A DNA stretch of 64,000 bases from Balanoglossus misakiensis (GCA_040954595.2 CM082590.2:9115764-9179763); one strand, 5' to 3'. Positions 12,504 to 27,100 are shown, counted from the stretch's first letter. Numbers and translations are program-made. Notes: generated by a model from the sequence alone, not told the origin.

Positions 12504-13302
12504 GCATTACGTTGTTTCACGTCGTAAGACTTAGGGTAATTTAACTTTTAGGACCGTTTTTTTTCACAGCATGGTGAGATAAACATTTTCCTTGCTATCA
12601 GAAATTAGTAAGTGGTTTAATTTTTATATTTTTCTAGTAAATAAAACAAGGTACTTACCTATTTATAAGTTGTGTATTTGACTGTCCAGATTTGTGAGTT
12701 CATCATAGTACTTTATCATTGAAGAAAGTTCACACAAATTTTGCTCAGAGGACTTCACTTACAGCCATGATTGGGGCAGCGTCCAATATGATTTCCCTTA
12801 TTCTAGATGGAATTGACACAGAATTAATTATTTTCTCTGTTCATAATTCAAATATGTCTGAAGTACGTTGTATGATTTTTAATTGATTGTTATATAACCA
12901 CAAGACAACTTCGTAGAATCAGTCAACTTTTATTTACAACTTCGGTTTACAAATAAAACATCTCTCTGAAATAACTTAGTTTCTCTTGAGTATTCTAATA
13001 ACTCCAAAATGTCAAGAAACACAAAGCAAATTGTTACATCAACGAGGCATTGCAAACTGTCATAACTAATAATACTGCTTGTAATAAACATTGGTGGAAT
13101 TGAACATAAAACAAGGTAAATTGAACTGTGATACAGTTTCAAGAAGTTTCAATTCTGTTGAGGAAAAAGAATATTTATTTGTTTACATCTGTAATTTGAA
13201 TGAAAAAAAAACGAATCTCAAAAGACAGCAAGTTTCCTCTGCTCAATGTACTCTAAGTTCTATTTGCTGGAAATCAAATAAAAAACTGACTTACTGTCTT
13301 AA

Positions 13303-13476
13303 AGGTATACGGTCACCTATACAAATTTAGCGACAGTTACCATGGTAAATCGAGATCTAACCAATCACAGATTTTCAGTGGGTGGCACACGCGAAAATAA
13401 AGCGTTCTTTAGAACACTCAAATACGCCATTTCAACTATATATGGCGATATGTAAATTGGAGGTGACCGTATACCT
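13303..13476. mobile_element. MITE with 16-bp TIR AGGTATACGGTCACCT and TTAA TSD (Kolobok-like)
   Basis: TTAA|AGGTATACGGTCACCT ... AGGTGACCGTATACCT|TTAA. Related fragments at ~35283-35450 and 59619-59640. The superfamily is inferred from the TTAA TSD and purine-purine termini. Confidence 0.75.
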
Positions 13477-14017
13477 TTAAGTCACCCTTCCTTGTAATCT
13501 ATCTACTCTCTCTTCAAAATTTCCTCTTTCTAATAAACTGGAAGTTTTCATGATATACATATTATCATGTAAATGGAAGAATCCGTGATCTCTGAGTGAG
13601 AACTGCTAGAAATACTCTGTTCCAAGCCTGCTTGGACCAGCTCCATTTTCCAGCGGGTAGTCTGCAGAACAGGTTGGGTAGTGGATTGGTTGATACTGCT
13701 AGCTGAAAAGAAAGAATTGGAATGATCTTAATTACAGTACCTCTTGATGTGAATAAATAATGTTTTTGAAAAAGATTTAGGATCTGGTTTATTTTGATAC
13801 GAATATAAACAGGCAGTTTTTGTGTGTTAAACTTTGAACGTCTTTACCATGTAGTTAGGTATATTTATGAGGACGCCCTCTTATGGTGATATTGAAAAAA
13901 ATTACCCAAAATGCCGTGTATTGACACTCTGCTAAATCTATTTCCGGAAACAAATGATCCCGGAAATCGGGCATATTTCAGCTTTGTCACCCAAACTACT
14001 CTGTTTATGTTGAAATC

Positions 14018-16501
14018 ATGGACTCTACTGAAGATCTAGGGGTGTGTTTCAACAGAAAAATTAGTCTGGTCTTCGCTGAGGACCTGCGCAAGTCTAGATT
14101 TTTGTCCTCAGATCTGACAAGTCAAAATTTGAGCTGTGAAGGTAAGGAAATTCGACATGGGGTGATTTGAGAAAGAAACATGTTTAATGTCATGTCCACA
14201 GAGACCTGGATATTGTTGATTATACGTCATGGGAGCGACTTCGACTAATTTGCATTTTAGCATATTTATACTATTATAATGAGGCGAAAATGGCTTCACG
14301 GACTACATCATTATCTGATGGGGGAAGGCCGATGTTTATGAGAGGGGATTATGATGAAGATGTTGATTTCAGTAGGGAAAGTAACACCCACTTTTAAAAA
14401 AGAAGAAAAACAGACACATTTCATGTCTATTTCTTTCCCTGCAGATCAAATATAACAACCAGACTTTGTTTTTATTTCAGAGTGCCACTACCTTTGGGAA
14501 GAAGCAAAATCCTCGAACAGGATAAACAAACTAAGCAACTCTTTCAGAGAATCTACAAACATTCTCCTGCAAGAATTAGAAAAGGATAATCTCACTGGAA
14601 CAGGTAAATATGGGTTGCTGCAATTAACCCTTTCTTTACCATAGTTTGGTCCAAATCCATTGTTTTTTTTATGAAAAAGCTGGACCTCTACACACAGAAA
14701 TAGGGGTGAAATATATTATATGTACTGCTTGGAGTTTGATGTGCAAAATTTGCAAACAGGTTGTACACATGATTGCCCAAGCTAACCTACTTAAAAACTT
14801 AGATCTGATCTGTACTGTAAACTGGAGTTCATTTCTGTCTTCTCACGGCTAAACTTGAATGTGTTTTTTTTTTCAGACAAGGCAACAATTTTAAACTTCT
14901 TGAACTGGAGTGGCGCAGTGTCTGTCCGAGTGGTTACATCAAAAACCAGAAATGCACAGCAACGACAGTTGGAGAATAGAGAAATCAGGGAACATTATGA
15001 ACAGAGAAATGACAATATGAACTCGCCAGGGATTCCGTATGCAACATTACAATCTTCCACTCCGAAAAGTTCCTCTACTCAAAAACATTACAGGTATCAA
15101 CAAGCACAATTGGGAAGGGAAAGTCCGGGTCAAATTTCATCAATAACTGCTAACGTTCGAGGAGATGATGTCATTAGGGATAGTGGACGTTTCGGACAGT
15201 CTCTGGTTACCAATAGTAACCACCATGATGGCAACCATAGTGGAAATTCTTCCCATAGCAACCACCATGAAGGGAACCATCTTGGAAATTCTGTCCAGAA
15301 CCACCATTGCGACGACAGCCATCTTGTGAATACATCTTGGGGTGTCCATAGCAACAACCATCGTGCAACTTCATCCGTCAAGGACAAAGAGGATATTCCT
15401 GGTTTTGTCGCGGAAGGAAAGCTGCCAAAAGATTCAGTTGAAGACGCCGCAGTTTCAGGAAATACAAGTGAAAGTGATGAATTCTGTGAGGAGGGAAACA
15501 TCAGCTCACCTCTGATTCTGAATCGACAAAATTCATCATCCACAGATGCGACTCGACAGGACTGCGAGAACTCAATAAATCTTTCATCAAGTTTGGGACC
15601 CCATAGATCTGTGGAAAAAATTATTGCTGGGGAGGGGAGTGGGGAAATAAAAATTGAAACAGATAAAAACTTAGGCGACTGCCACTATGCAAGGATTGTG
15701 AAAACAGGCGATATCGGGCCAGAAAATGGAAATGGAAATGCCAAAGAGAGAGGGTGGATTGTAACCGAGAAAGGACCGGGTGTTGAGCAAAATTCCGACA
15801 GCCAGGAATCTTCCGCGTATTTGCAGTGGGGCGACATGCACACAGAACAGTCTCACAGCTCACAGCTAAATCATTCAACTCCGGATTTAGAGAAGTTTTA
15901 CATGCACAGCTCAGGGTCTGTATCCTACAATCCAAATACCGACGCCGATGGAACATTGGGTGGCACTGAAACTGTGGAGAGAATATTCAAAGTGATGCCA
16001 CCGCCGGGAAAACGTAAGCGCGTGGAAATCTCCGACGCTGTCAAACGAAGTCTGTGTGAGTACAAGAGGTCGAACCCTCATGAATCGTACGCCAAAGTCG
16101 TACAATACGCGAAACAAGAACACAACATGGAGATCGGTCGAAGCACGGTCTACGAGATTCTGAAGGAGAAGGACAAATGGCTGAACATGACGAACGCAAG
16201 CCCGACCGTCATGCGTCATAAAGCGCCGAAATTTCCGAAACTGGAAGAAGCGCTCATATTGTGGCTGCGCGACATCGATTACGTGACGTTCCCGATAAGC
16301 GACGAAATGCTGCGAAGGAAAGCGAAGGAGTTTGGTGAACAGCTCGGCATTACAAACTTCGCGTATTCCAATGGTTGGCTAACGAACATGAAAATTCGAT
16401 TTGGATTCCTGCGGAAAAGAAAGCAGACTTCCGGCAGCAGTTTGCCAGCCAGGAAAGAGAATTCCGTGACCAATCAAAGCGAAGGAAGTGAAAACAAGTG
16501 A
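14018..16501 (+). CDS. Gene A: shared novel N-terminal domain + low-complexity linker + CENP-B/pogo-type double HTH (no DDE domain)
   Basis: Exons 14018-14141, 14481-14603 (123 nt) and 14877-16501, all GT-AG and in frame. C-terminal KRKRVEISDAVKRSLC...IGRSTVYEILKEKDKW...FPKLEEALILW...PISDEMLRRKAKEF...FAYSNGWLTNMKIRFG matches the HTH-psq + HTH-CENPB pattern of Tigger/pogo/CENP-B proteins. Confidence 0.85.
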
Positions 16502-16978
16502 GGGGAGGGGGGGGGATGTTATCAATGATAGAGGGTACTAAACACAAAATGCAACTGATTCCTGGAGAGAGCATTTCAGTGAATGGTAATTTGTCAAATT
16601 CCACCTGCAAGAATCACTTTGAGATCTATGTTGTCTCACTCCACTTGTACTAAACAAAAAAGTCAGAATTTACAAATTCAATGTACATGTTCTATTATTT
16701 TATACCATGGAGGGAATACTCAACTACCAAGCTTATCTAACAACTCAAAAAGCATGGAAAATAGACCGTGGACTCGTCACTCAGCAAAATATCATTATCA
16801 ATAATATAAAAGGATCTTTACAAGTTTGCTACTTCAAGGCAAATTTCAGGCCTTGCCATTACCTCATGTTGATGTGTAATGTTCTGGCCAGTATTTTATC
16901 AGGTTTATTTCTTGAAAAATTTAATGATGTAAAAATGTAATAAAATCTAACATGAAGAAATGCATTAAAAATGTTAAT

Positions 16979-17101
16979 TGTATGTATGTATGTATGTATG
17001 TATGTATGTATGTATGTATGCATGTATGTATGTATGTATGTATGTATGTATGTATGTATGTATGTATGTATGTATGTATGTATGTATGTATGTATGTATG
17101 T
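16979..17101. repeat. (TATG)n microsatellite
   Basis: About 30 near-perfect TATG units. Confidence 0.98.
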
Positions 17102-17418
17102 CATGTTTCCATAAATATTTTATTATTATAGCTGAATTGACTTCTGTCCTTATTTCATGCGCAAGTGCCAGTTTAAATCACAACTTATTTGAGTATAATC
17201 AATGAAAATTCAACTGTTTGTGACGTCAGCTATAAATCCAGGGTTGCTTATCGATTTGACCCCTCGCTGACCTCTGAGGCCAGGCACCAATTACCCATCG
17301 TGCTGTGCGACACCTTCACCCTTAAAGATGACTTCCGGGTCTGCTTCCGGGTTGGTAATGTACTAACTGTCCAAACGGAAAACACTGTTTTTAAAGAAAG
17401 TTTGTCACTGCCACGGAG

Positions 17419-20400
17419 ATGGAGGCGTCTAGTGATATTGAACTATCAATCTGCAAGAAGATCAAGCTGGTTTTTGTTGAAGATCCTGCCAAGTTATGGC
17501 CACAGTGTCGAAATGAGAACGCCCTATCGAGTCTCACTCCTCAAGGTACTGTACACGTTTCGTCTTTCAAACAGGTTTACTCGCATGGTACCGCACTGGA
17601 TTTTTATATTGAAAGGTCAGGGACAGTCAGACATGGGCCCTCGTTGCAATGGAAGTACACGATTGTATCTTAAACGTATGATCTTTGAACGGTAGAGTAC
17701 TTGCCCCCCCCCCCCCCCCCCCTTGTTCGACAGCAACTGAGTACGAGTTCGAAAACTACATAGTTTAGGCCTTGAAAAAAAGTTTGGCAACGTTATCGCC
17801 TAAAGTAATATGTCGAGCAACAATCGATGTGTCGGCAACGATAAATATGTTGCTCCATTTCCACAAATCGTGTTCATTTAGAATCAAAAATATCCGCATA
17901 GCTTACATGGCCTAAATGAACGTGATTGTAGTTAGCCTCCGATTCATCTTCGGATTCGACGAGCTGAATATCGCCCAGTTTATGCAGGAAATGAAATGTT
18001 ATCTATAAATTGAGATAACGTGGTCATATTTCCATGCTTCAAAAGGTTTCCCCAACTAAAGGGTTGTGTTTAAAATCAGTTGCAATGCCTAGTTTACTTT
18101 CAATTTCATGTACTTGAAACTGAATCCAGAACTGAAACCGAATCTGAAACTAACGCCAGGATCGTCCTGTCCTACCATAGACAATGCATGGTAGTGGATT
18201 TCTGTTAATTTAATTATTAAAAGTTCACTACAGATTCCGCAAAAAAACTTAAACACTTGTCTTTTCCACAATTTCAGACTGTGAGTACATCTGGGAAGAA
18301 GTAAAATATGCGGATAAAATCAGGAAATTGGGCGACTACTTTGAAGAGAGCAGTAAAATGCTTCTACAACAACTACTGGCGGATCAACTTTCTCAGAAAG
18401 GTAAAGTTTCTTTAAATCATTGTAGAAATGTTCAATGCACATTGGTTAGTCATTACAGCATCCATACAGTGTACAAGAATTCACTTTTTAACAACTCCAG
18501 TCCTGACGTCACACATATAGTGTTTAGAAGCTGAATGCTAAACATTTGCTTACTGTATGAACAAAGGAGAAACCAAATATACCTGGTACTTTCTAGTCAA
18601 CCCTTCCTACATATCAACTTACCACATGGAAAAAAACTTAAACTGATACCCAGTTAAAATCTATGAACAAAAACTTCAGCATCTGTTCACACTATGAGCT
18701 ATTAGTTAATCGTGTGGTAGCGAGCACAGGAAATGATGACATCGCTGTAACTATGGAGACAGGGAACGATGTAAGTAATGTGTTCTTTGTCTGGTGTAGA
18801 GTAGATACCTTTGGTGTTGGGTTATGGCATGATTGTGATTTAGTACTCTTTCTTGATTCTGGGACTCCTGCATGTGTCATATTGGTGTTTGGTTTAGTGT
18901 GTAGATGCATGCTGCACTGTAGTAGATGGGATTTTGTTCAAATGTTATCTTTACTGAAAATATGCAACTGAGCTGAAAATGCAGAATAATTACAATCTCA
19001 TTTGCATGTTCCTTTCTGTTTGTAAAGGAAACATTGTTGCTGTATTTGGAAGATATCAAATCTTTGCCAACCTGGACCAGATGTTTAAGACTGTTTGTAT
19101 TTATTTATTGCAATATATCAATTCATGTAAAAATTCTTTTTCATTCCACAGGAAAGAAGGACTGAAGGCAAAAGACAAATAGACGGATCCAGGAATCAAA
19201 GGAGTGAATTTTGGAAAATCTGTTCATTATTTCTAGACATTCAAGTTTTCATCATCCCAGAATGCAAATTGAACAATTTCTGAACACGGACAATATCAGA
19301 CTTTCTCTCATATTATTCAAATTATTTATTATCATACTAGTTAAATTCATGTAAATATTTATTTATTATGTAGTGTGATTATTATATTACACTACAATAC
19401 AAGTACATTTTCAAAAATAAAGTTTTTATTCAAATAAATGAAAATAAAGTATATTTTTCTGCAATGTATACTGCATTGGTCTCTTTTAAAGTTAAACACC
19501 AATAAAGTACTTGATTCACTAGTCAACCCCCTGTTCCTCGAAACTGTAATCATATTACATTTTTTTGTATCCACATCCACCACTAACAATATTAGTTTTA
19601 TCAATTTATATCAAATTATAATTCTTTCCAGCAGCCTGCCCTTTGACCCCCCCCCCCCCCCATCGCATCTGCTACACAACTCAGTATGAATCTGAATCTG
19701 AAAATAGGGGAAACTATGGGGTCACCTTGGGGTCACCAGTACACGTGCATGCATAAGCCACTGTCGCTGGCCGGGACGGGTTTTCTTGTACCATGAAAGT
19801 CATTTCAACATGATTTTTTCTTACAAATGATTCAGAAAAGAACTGCACTGTCAAAAACTTTCAAAAAGACTGACGCTGCGCTGCACGAACGACCCGACGT
19901 ACGCGGACGTCTGGTCGCTAGTCGTACGCCTGGCCTACACACATCAAAACAAAATGTCCCAGTGTTTACACTTACCGAAAAACAGTTCACACGTGCTACT
20001 CCATCACGAAATGATACCTCTGCTTCTTCCCTGACCTGCTTCTCTCGATCCCTTTCATTCTAAATGTTTACTCTCCTCCGTACTCCTTCACATTCTTGCC
20101 CGACCCGATATTTCTCGACTGACCTACGGAACGCCCACTTTTTGTTTTGGCCGCCATGTTGATGTTGATACTTGAATTGCGCATGCGTTCTCCTTCAGCC
20201 AATCACGTCGCGTTCCGCAACTACAAAGCTAACTTTTGTTTTTACAATTATTGAAAATGTTTTAAAAGTAGTATTTTAATCGGGGTTGTAGAAATTTTAT
20301 ACTTCTGAAAACAAAATAAAGTCCTATTTCCCCTGTACTTACTTGTATGTTCATATATCCCAATTTAATTGACTTATGCATTGTTGCAAAATGTTTTCAA

Positions 20401-22723
20401 CTATTGGAACTTTAAAAACTTAAAAAAAGAAAGTATTTGATGATTAAATACATTTTTATAACAATTTTTGTATTTGTAAACCCTTGTTTTTGCAGATAAA
20501 ACCACACTTCTGAACTTTCTCTGTGAGAGTGGAGCTGTCAACATCCGGATGGTGTCATTACATCAGGAAACTCCAGCGCTGTTTTCCGGACAGTTGGAAG
20601 CGACACAGAGATCCACGGCAAACAGGAGATTAGCCAGAATGGGCACTCACAAAAAGGGAAGGCCGAGATTGCTGCAGGCAGTCAGGGAGAGACGATTGAA
20701 AAAACGCCATGGAGACAGTGGAAGAGAGGCTGGGAACAGTGCTCTGAGAAAAACTGGCAGCGATGATGATCGGGCAACTGTTGATGATGGAAGGAAAACT
20801 TCAGGAGATCAGAAAAGCAGAATGAAGAATGTAGACAGAAAGTTACAAGGACAGAATACTGCAAGGGACGGTTGTGCGTCAACGGATGGAGGCAGCAGAA
20901 CTGTTGTCGTGGGTAACGATGGTGATTCCGTCTCCATGGATGAAGATGATGATTGTATGTTGGTGGGTGAAGCCAGTTACCATGGTGATGAAGTTGCAAC
21001 AAGAGAGAGTGTGTCTTGCGTTCCTGCAGTGGCAGACGAAACTCTTCAACGTGAGAGGGAGGGTGTACGTCAGTCTTTGGTTGATAGCCAGGAAAGTGTG
21101 ACTGAGTGTGAAAAAACTATGGTTCACAGCAAGGGAGATGTGGTGCAGGGCCAGGGAGATGTTACCCTCAGCCACGGAAATGAGTCTGAGAGCCGGAAAG
21201 AAATTGTTCAGAGGCCGGGGCTAACAGCACAGGTCCAGGAAAATGATGTTCACAATCTGCAAAGTCAGCCATCAGATTCCAACGTTCCTAGAACTGTGCA
21301 GTGCCAAAATGAGTCTGAACATTCTGTTAGTTTAGTTCAGGATTCGACGGGTGTGCTAACTGTTGATCAATGCCAACAAAATGAAGGCCAGTGCCAGGAA
21401 AATGACAGACAAGACTGGGAAAATGAATCAAGGGCTACTGATGCTGCATTGCACTGCCAGGGAGCCTGGTTGTCAGATAATGCAAATGTGAGTCAATGTC
21501 AGCAAAATGTGGCTCAATGTTTGGCGGAATCTGACAGATGCCAGAGGCGCAAATCAGCAGATTTGGACCAGTGTCAAGAAAATGTGGATTGTGACAATGA
21601 AAATCGCTACTATGGAGTAAAAATCAAAGTTGAACCTCGCGATGATAATGATGATGATGGAATTTATTATTTTTCGGACAGAGAGTCGAGGACTGAACAG
21701 AGCAGGCGAAATTTGCGTAGTGATAATTTACAGTATGCTAACGACAGACAAAGTGTGTTGTGTGAAACTGATAGTTCAGCTACTCAGAGAGTTGAAAGTT
21801 CTAGTGTTTTAGTGTATCCAGCCGCATGTAGCTCAGAGACATCAAACATCACACACAGTTATGCAGAGTTTAACGACACAGCAACGAACTTTACCATTAA
21901 AAGGAAAAGACTACAGAACACAAGTAGTGGAAGAACTTCTGAAACTGGTCAGAGCATTGCTAGAAGAGATTTGAGGAGATCACACGCTCAGACAAGACAA
22001 TGTGTGAACACTTACTTCAATGCTGAGCGAAGTCCGGCTCTTCAGAAACAAATCAAAACTGAACCGCAAGATGATCGACAGTATATGCCTACGTCTGACC
22101 CTGGTATCTTTGTGGAGGTACCCGACGCATCAGCTTCACAGATTCTGCATGACATTGAACAGACCATCTTACCAAGCGAAGGTCACGGTCACCTTGACAA
22201 TGCTGGGTTGCTGACCTCCAGAGACGGTTCAGTGGTGTCGCCCAATTCGTTACAGCTCGCGATTGCTGGCGTGGAATCGTTAAACACCCAAGGCGTTCCT
22301 AGCGCAGGAGAGTCGCCTCCTGCGATTGGCTGTTCACAGCCAGGTGCACGTCCTAACCATGCAAATCAGTACACGTCGACCGCCGAGAAACCGTTTAAGT
22401 GCAGAATCTGCGGCGAACAGACGATGTGGAAAGCGAACCATCGCCGACACATGAAGATACACACGGGAGAGAAACGCTACCAATGCGGGTACTGCGGACG
22501 TCGCTTCCCGAATAAATACAACCTCACCTGTCACATACGAAGTCACACGGGCGAAAAACCTTTCCGCTGTGAAACGTGCGGTGTACGATTCAGTCAGAGA
22601 AGTAGTTACAACGTCCACAGGCGAAAACATACTGGGGAGAAACCTCTCAGATGTAAAATATGTAAAATAAGTTTCCCGGCCAAGTTTTATCTCATGTTGC
22701 ACATGAAGGTTCATGTTCAATGA
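17419..22723 (+). CDS. Gene B: shared novel N-terminal domain + acidic/Q-rich linker + 4 C2H2 zinc fingers
   Basis: Exons 17419-17545, 18278-18400 (123 nt) and 20496-22723, GT-AG and in frame with ORF 20549-22723. Four CxxC-x12-HxxxH fingers with TGEKP/TGEKR linkers. Confidence 0.88.
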
Positions 22724-24100
22724 GTTTGAAATGTTATGTGCATCCAGGCACGATAATTTTGATACAATTTTGTTCTGAAGGTTCATGTTCAGTGAGTGAA
22801 ATTTCATGTTCATTTTGTTCTGAGGTTAATTTTGTAATGTTTTGTAAAATTAATGAAATGCTCTGACAATGAAAATCAAGATGAAAAAAATAAGATAAAC
22901 ACCAATTGTATTAATTCAATTAAGACATGTTTAATGCTTTTGTACTCATCTGGTGACAAAATAATACATAAGATTAAAATAAAATACACAATGAAAGATT
23001 GGATTACTATTTATGCAGTATACATGTGGATATACCATAATCCAGCAATGTTGATAACCCTTTCACCACCATGGTTCAGTCCAAACCCATTGTTTTCTAT
23101 GGTAAGTTGGACCTCTAGAAAGAACTGGGGGTAAAAGAGTTCATTTGGAAAAGACAAGATTTTTCTCATCCATGGTAAATGTGGCTAAATTTGCATAGGA
23201 CTTGTAAAACAGTACAAGTTGTTCAAAATTCACTGTACAATATCAAAATATCTTTTCTCTACTTCTACACTATCAGTCTGAAAAATACAAGTACCTTTCA
23301 ATTGTATATTACAATATTTAGATATTGGTGCATTTCAACATCTGATGAGTAGCCAGGTACAGAAGCCATAGGCCAGTGGTTTGCTGGTTTGGCCAATCAA
23401 GATTACATATTATACAAAAGATAAAATACTTGTTAATTAAAGATTACGTTCAAGTTCTTTACATATTAAAGGTTTCTAGTATAACATTGATGAAAACCTA
23501 ACTGATCCAGGGTATGGCAGCATACAATGTTCAAAGAGAGATACAAACCTCAATGTGGTAAAAATGGGACTATATATAATATACAGAGAATGGTGAGATT
23601 TCTCACATGAGTCTAGGAGTCTAGGAGACTCGCAATAGCCACATGTAAGCCAAAATGTACTTTACACACAAAACAGAAGAGGAAAAATATAAAAATATTC
23701 TTTACACTCAGTAGTTTCAAATAGAAACTGTTAATCTTAAAAAATATTAATCCAAGTGACTCTCACACTCTCAACACTAATACATTGTATATATATATGT
23801 GCATATACATTACATATACATATACCGGTACATGTACATAAATATATACAAATGTGATATATCTCATCACTACACACACATACACATACACACACACAAA
23901 TTACTGTACAAAAAATACAAAGTATACTGTCTCAGTAAAAAATATAAACACATGAAGGTTTTTGGCAACTTTTGCTCCACCTTCCAACAGAAATGAAAAT
24001 ACAAATTGAATGGTTTTGATAATGAAGACTTATTCATTATCTTAAACCAGTAGGGGCTGCTTTTTCTGTTTGGTCATTATTTGATATTTCAGGTCATAGT

Positions 24101-27100
24101 TCAGGTCACAGCCAGGACTTTCTGGCCACAAGAGGTCACAGTAACTGTGATATGGTCACCTTTCAAACACAAACTATGTTCATCATCTGAGGATGAGCAA
24201 CTATCATCCACAACAAAACCACCTTCCATCAATGCATCTTTCAAGATGTTTACATTCCCTGGTTGCAATGCATCACAGAGTTCAATCTGAAGTTGACTTT
24301 GTCGACATTTATCAGATTCTGGGATGCTGTCAATCAAAGCTTGAGTGCTGCCATTCAAATCACAACCTTTGAACTCTACGTCTTCCAATGACTCTTTGCT
24401 GATCAACTCTTTCCACTGATCTCTGCAAGTGTCATGTGATGGTGTTTTCCCATCAATGATGCTGACTTTGGACAGACATGGCAGAGCTCGAACACATCTA
24501 CACACATTCTCTAGTGAGAAAACTCTTGAATAGGATTGTATTTCAGAGAACAGATAACCAGATAACCTCAGTGAGAAAACTTGTGAAAGGGATAGTGTTT
24601 CAGACAAGAGATAACCAGGGTGTTGAATTGTCAGTGACTTCAGTTCAGATGTGTCTGACAGACCCCTACATACTCGTCTGTGCAATTCAGTCAAACCCTT
24701 GTTGTCTTCTAGTAAGATAGATTCTACCTCAGTGACATCACACTGTTCAATGAACCGGTGCAATTTAGACTCAGTTTTGACTTCGACAAACTTTAAGGTA
24801 GGTTCACTCTGTACACAATTATTATAATTGGCCAAATCTGAATGATATAACAATGCTAACTGAAGTTTGATGATTTTGGATGAGTTGGCATATCTGCCAC
24901 TTGCAAATAAGTGATGACCTACAAATTCCAATTGACGAATAACCATGCCAGCAACCACAAATCTATCAATTATCTCTGATATTCTATGAGCACCATATAA
25001 CCAACCATCTGACAAGACAAATGTTTCAAAATGTTGACATTCTTGAACAATATTGCAAAAGGCCTTTGTAAAGCCATAATCGCCAATGCACCCTGAAACA
25101 TAGGTTAAAGTATGGGCATTCACTGGAGCCAAACTACATAATATTTGTTGACTGCAAGGCCAGTACAATTTCTGCCGATCATCACAAAATCTGACATTGT
25201 TGAACCTAAGTAAATTTGAAAAGGCCAATATGAATTGTGTCACAACACCAAAGTTCCCCCAACAGAATTCGCAGGAACAAAGAGATATCTCTGCATCTAA
25301 AGAAATGCTCTCCTCGTCTGTCGACAGACAATCAGAAAGTACTTGATGAAGACTGACAGGGTCACAACTTGATTTGCAAATATCAATTAAAAATTCATGA
25401 TTTCCAATCTTGGCAATAATCTTGCAGTGTTCACCAAAGCAGAGTTGACAGTCCCCATGGCAACTAGGTAGAAAGCGCACTCGTTTTGGTGTACTGGGTT
25501 GGAATTTGTTTAACGCATCATGTACAGTTTTGATGAAATCTAACTTGACATATCTTACTACCAAACTAACTTCTTTGGCTCTTAATTTCAGAAAGTCTGA
25601 GATTATGCCAGTGATACGACAAAAATGTTCATGAGTGGAAATGCTGTAACCATGAAATGCCAAGGACACCTTATTAGAATTGACTGATACAACATTTTTC
25701 AGCATTGCTTTTACACCAGACTCAAGGTTCTTGTCTCGTAAGTCACATCTGATAGCCATGTCCAGTGAAACTCTGTCACTATCAATGGATGCATTCTGTG
25801 ATAACAACAGAAACTGGTCAAGGAAATTTAAACTCTGTCCATGGATCTTGTAACACCTGCTAGAAAACTTGTCAAGTCGAAACCTTGCAGTGAGATCTAG
25901 TGTACTACAGCCCATACTTCTGCTTTTCTCACCAAATGTCACAGAAAATGAACCAAGTGATTTATTCTCACACAATGCTGCATGCAATGTGTTTAAGAAT
26001 GCTATGTTGCAGTGAGGTGGCAATTTAATGTGAAGTTGTTTGGCAGTAATCTGTGATACACATTGGACCAGACCAGTGTTGTACATCATGTCATCTTTGA
26101 ATCTGTACTGTATGTAACTGACACTAGAGAAGTCCAATGACAACTTACAGAACTTTACCAGGGCCACCCTTCTGTGCAAGGCCTGTATGTCAGAAATGTT
26201 CTTGCAGTCTTCCAAATTACCAGAATACCTGATTCTCATGTCTAGAGTAGCTTCATCATTATTAGTGGATGCATAATCTGAAAGTGTCTGATAAACACTC
26301 ACAAAATCCAAAGTCTTTCCATCTTGAAAGAAATGGATTTTAAACCGTCCTAACTTGGCAGTGACGGGCTTATAAATCTTCACAACTCTTTTCCTCTTGG
26401 TACCATCACAATTGGATTCTACATCAACTGACCTGATCGACCTACTCTCACACAAAACAGCATATGCAGTTTTTATGAATTCTATACTGTCTATAGGTAA
26501 CCTCCCTATGACAAGATTGTTGGCAGTAATCTGTGACAGACATTGGACTATGCCAGCAAGATTAGTGATTAAGTCAGGACTAGCAGAATCGATTGAGTGA
26601 GAACAATCAGAATCAGAATCAGAACAAGAATCAGTGCTATCAGACAATTTCAGTGATAAAATGTTAAAACCAACTGATTTCACGCTTTCAAGCATAGCCT
26701 GGACATCAGCTACATGAGACTTGTCCCTGAAATCACTCTCAATATCCATGTCTAGTTTAAGTCTATCATTATTCACTGATGCATTCTCTGAAATACACTG
26801 ATGTAGACTCACAATATCAAAATTCATGTTACGTGTCACATAACAGAAATTCAAATGTGCAAACTTTTCCTGAATAACCAGTTGACCTGTGTTCGACAAA
26901 TCCACAGCAGGATCATAAAATCCAACATCAACTGATCCAAGAGACTTATTCTTATATAACTGTGTATGTACACATTTTATGAATTCCATGTCACACCCAG
27001 GGAGCCATTTAATCACAAGCTCGTTGGCTGTAATCTTTGACAGATATTGGATGGCATCTGTTGTGGCAACAAGAAAATCAGTTTCTACAGCTCTTGAAAT

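Noticed and set aside
642-13330. Short ORFs in the first 13 kb
   Set aside because: They are translations of repeats and low-complexity DNA with no recognisable domains.
14481-14930. Assigning the shared N-terminal domain to KRAB, ZAD, SCAN or BTB
   Set aside because: None of their diagnostic motifs is visible. It is left unassigned pending a profile search.
16005-16501. Intact Tigger/pogo transposon at gene A
   Set aside because: No DDE domain and no TIRs; only the HTH module is present.
16859-17205. ORFs with YIHT/MYVC repeats
   Set aside because: Artefact of the (TATG)n microsatellite.
17189-17695. 168-aa plus-strand ORF
   Set aside because: It overlaps exon 1 of gene B in another frame; the 17419 frame is the one homologous to the paralogs.
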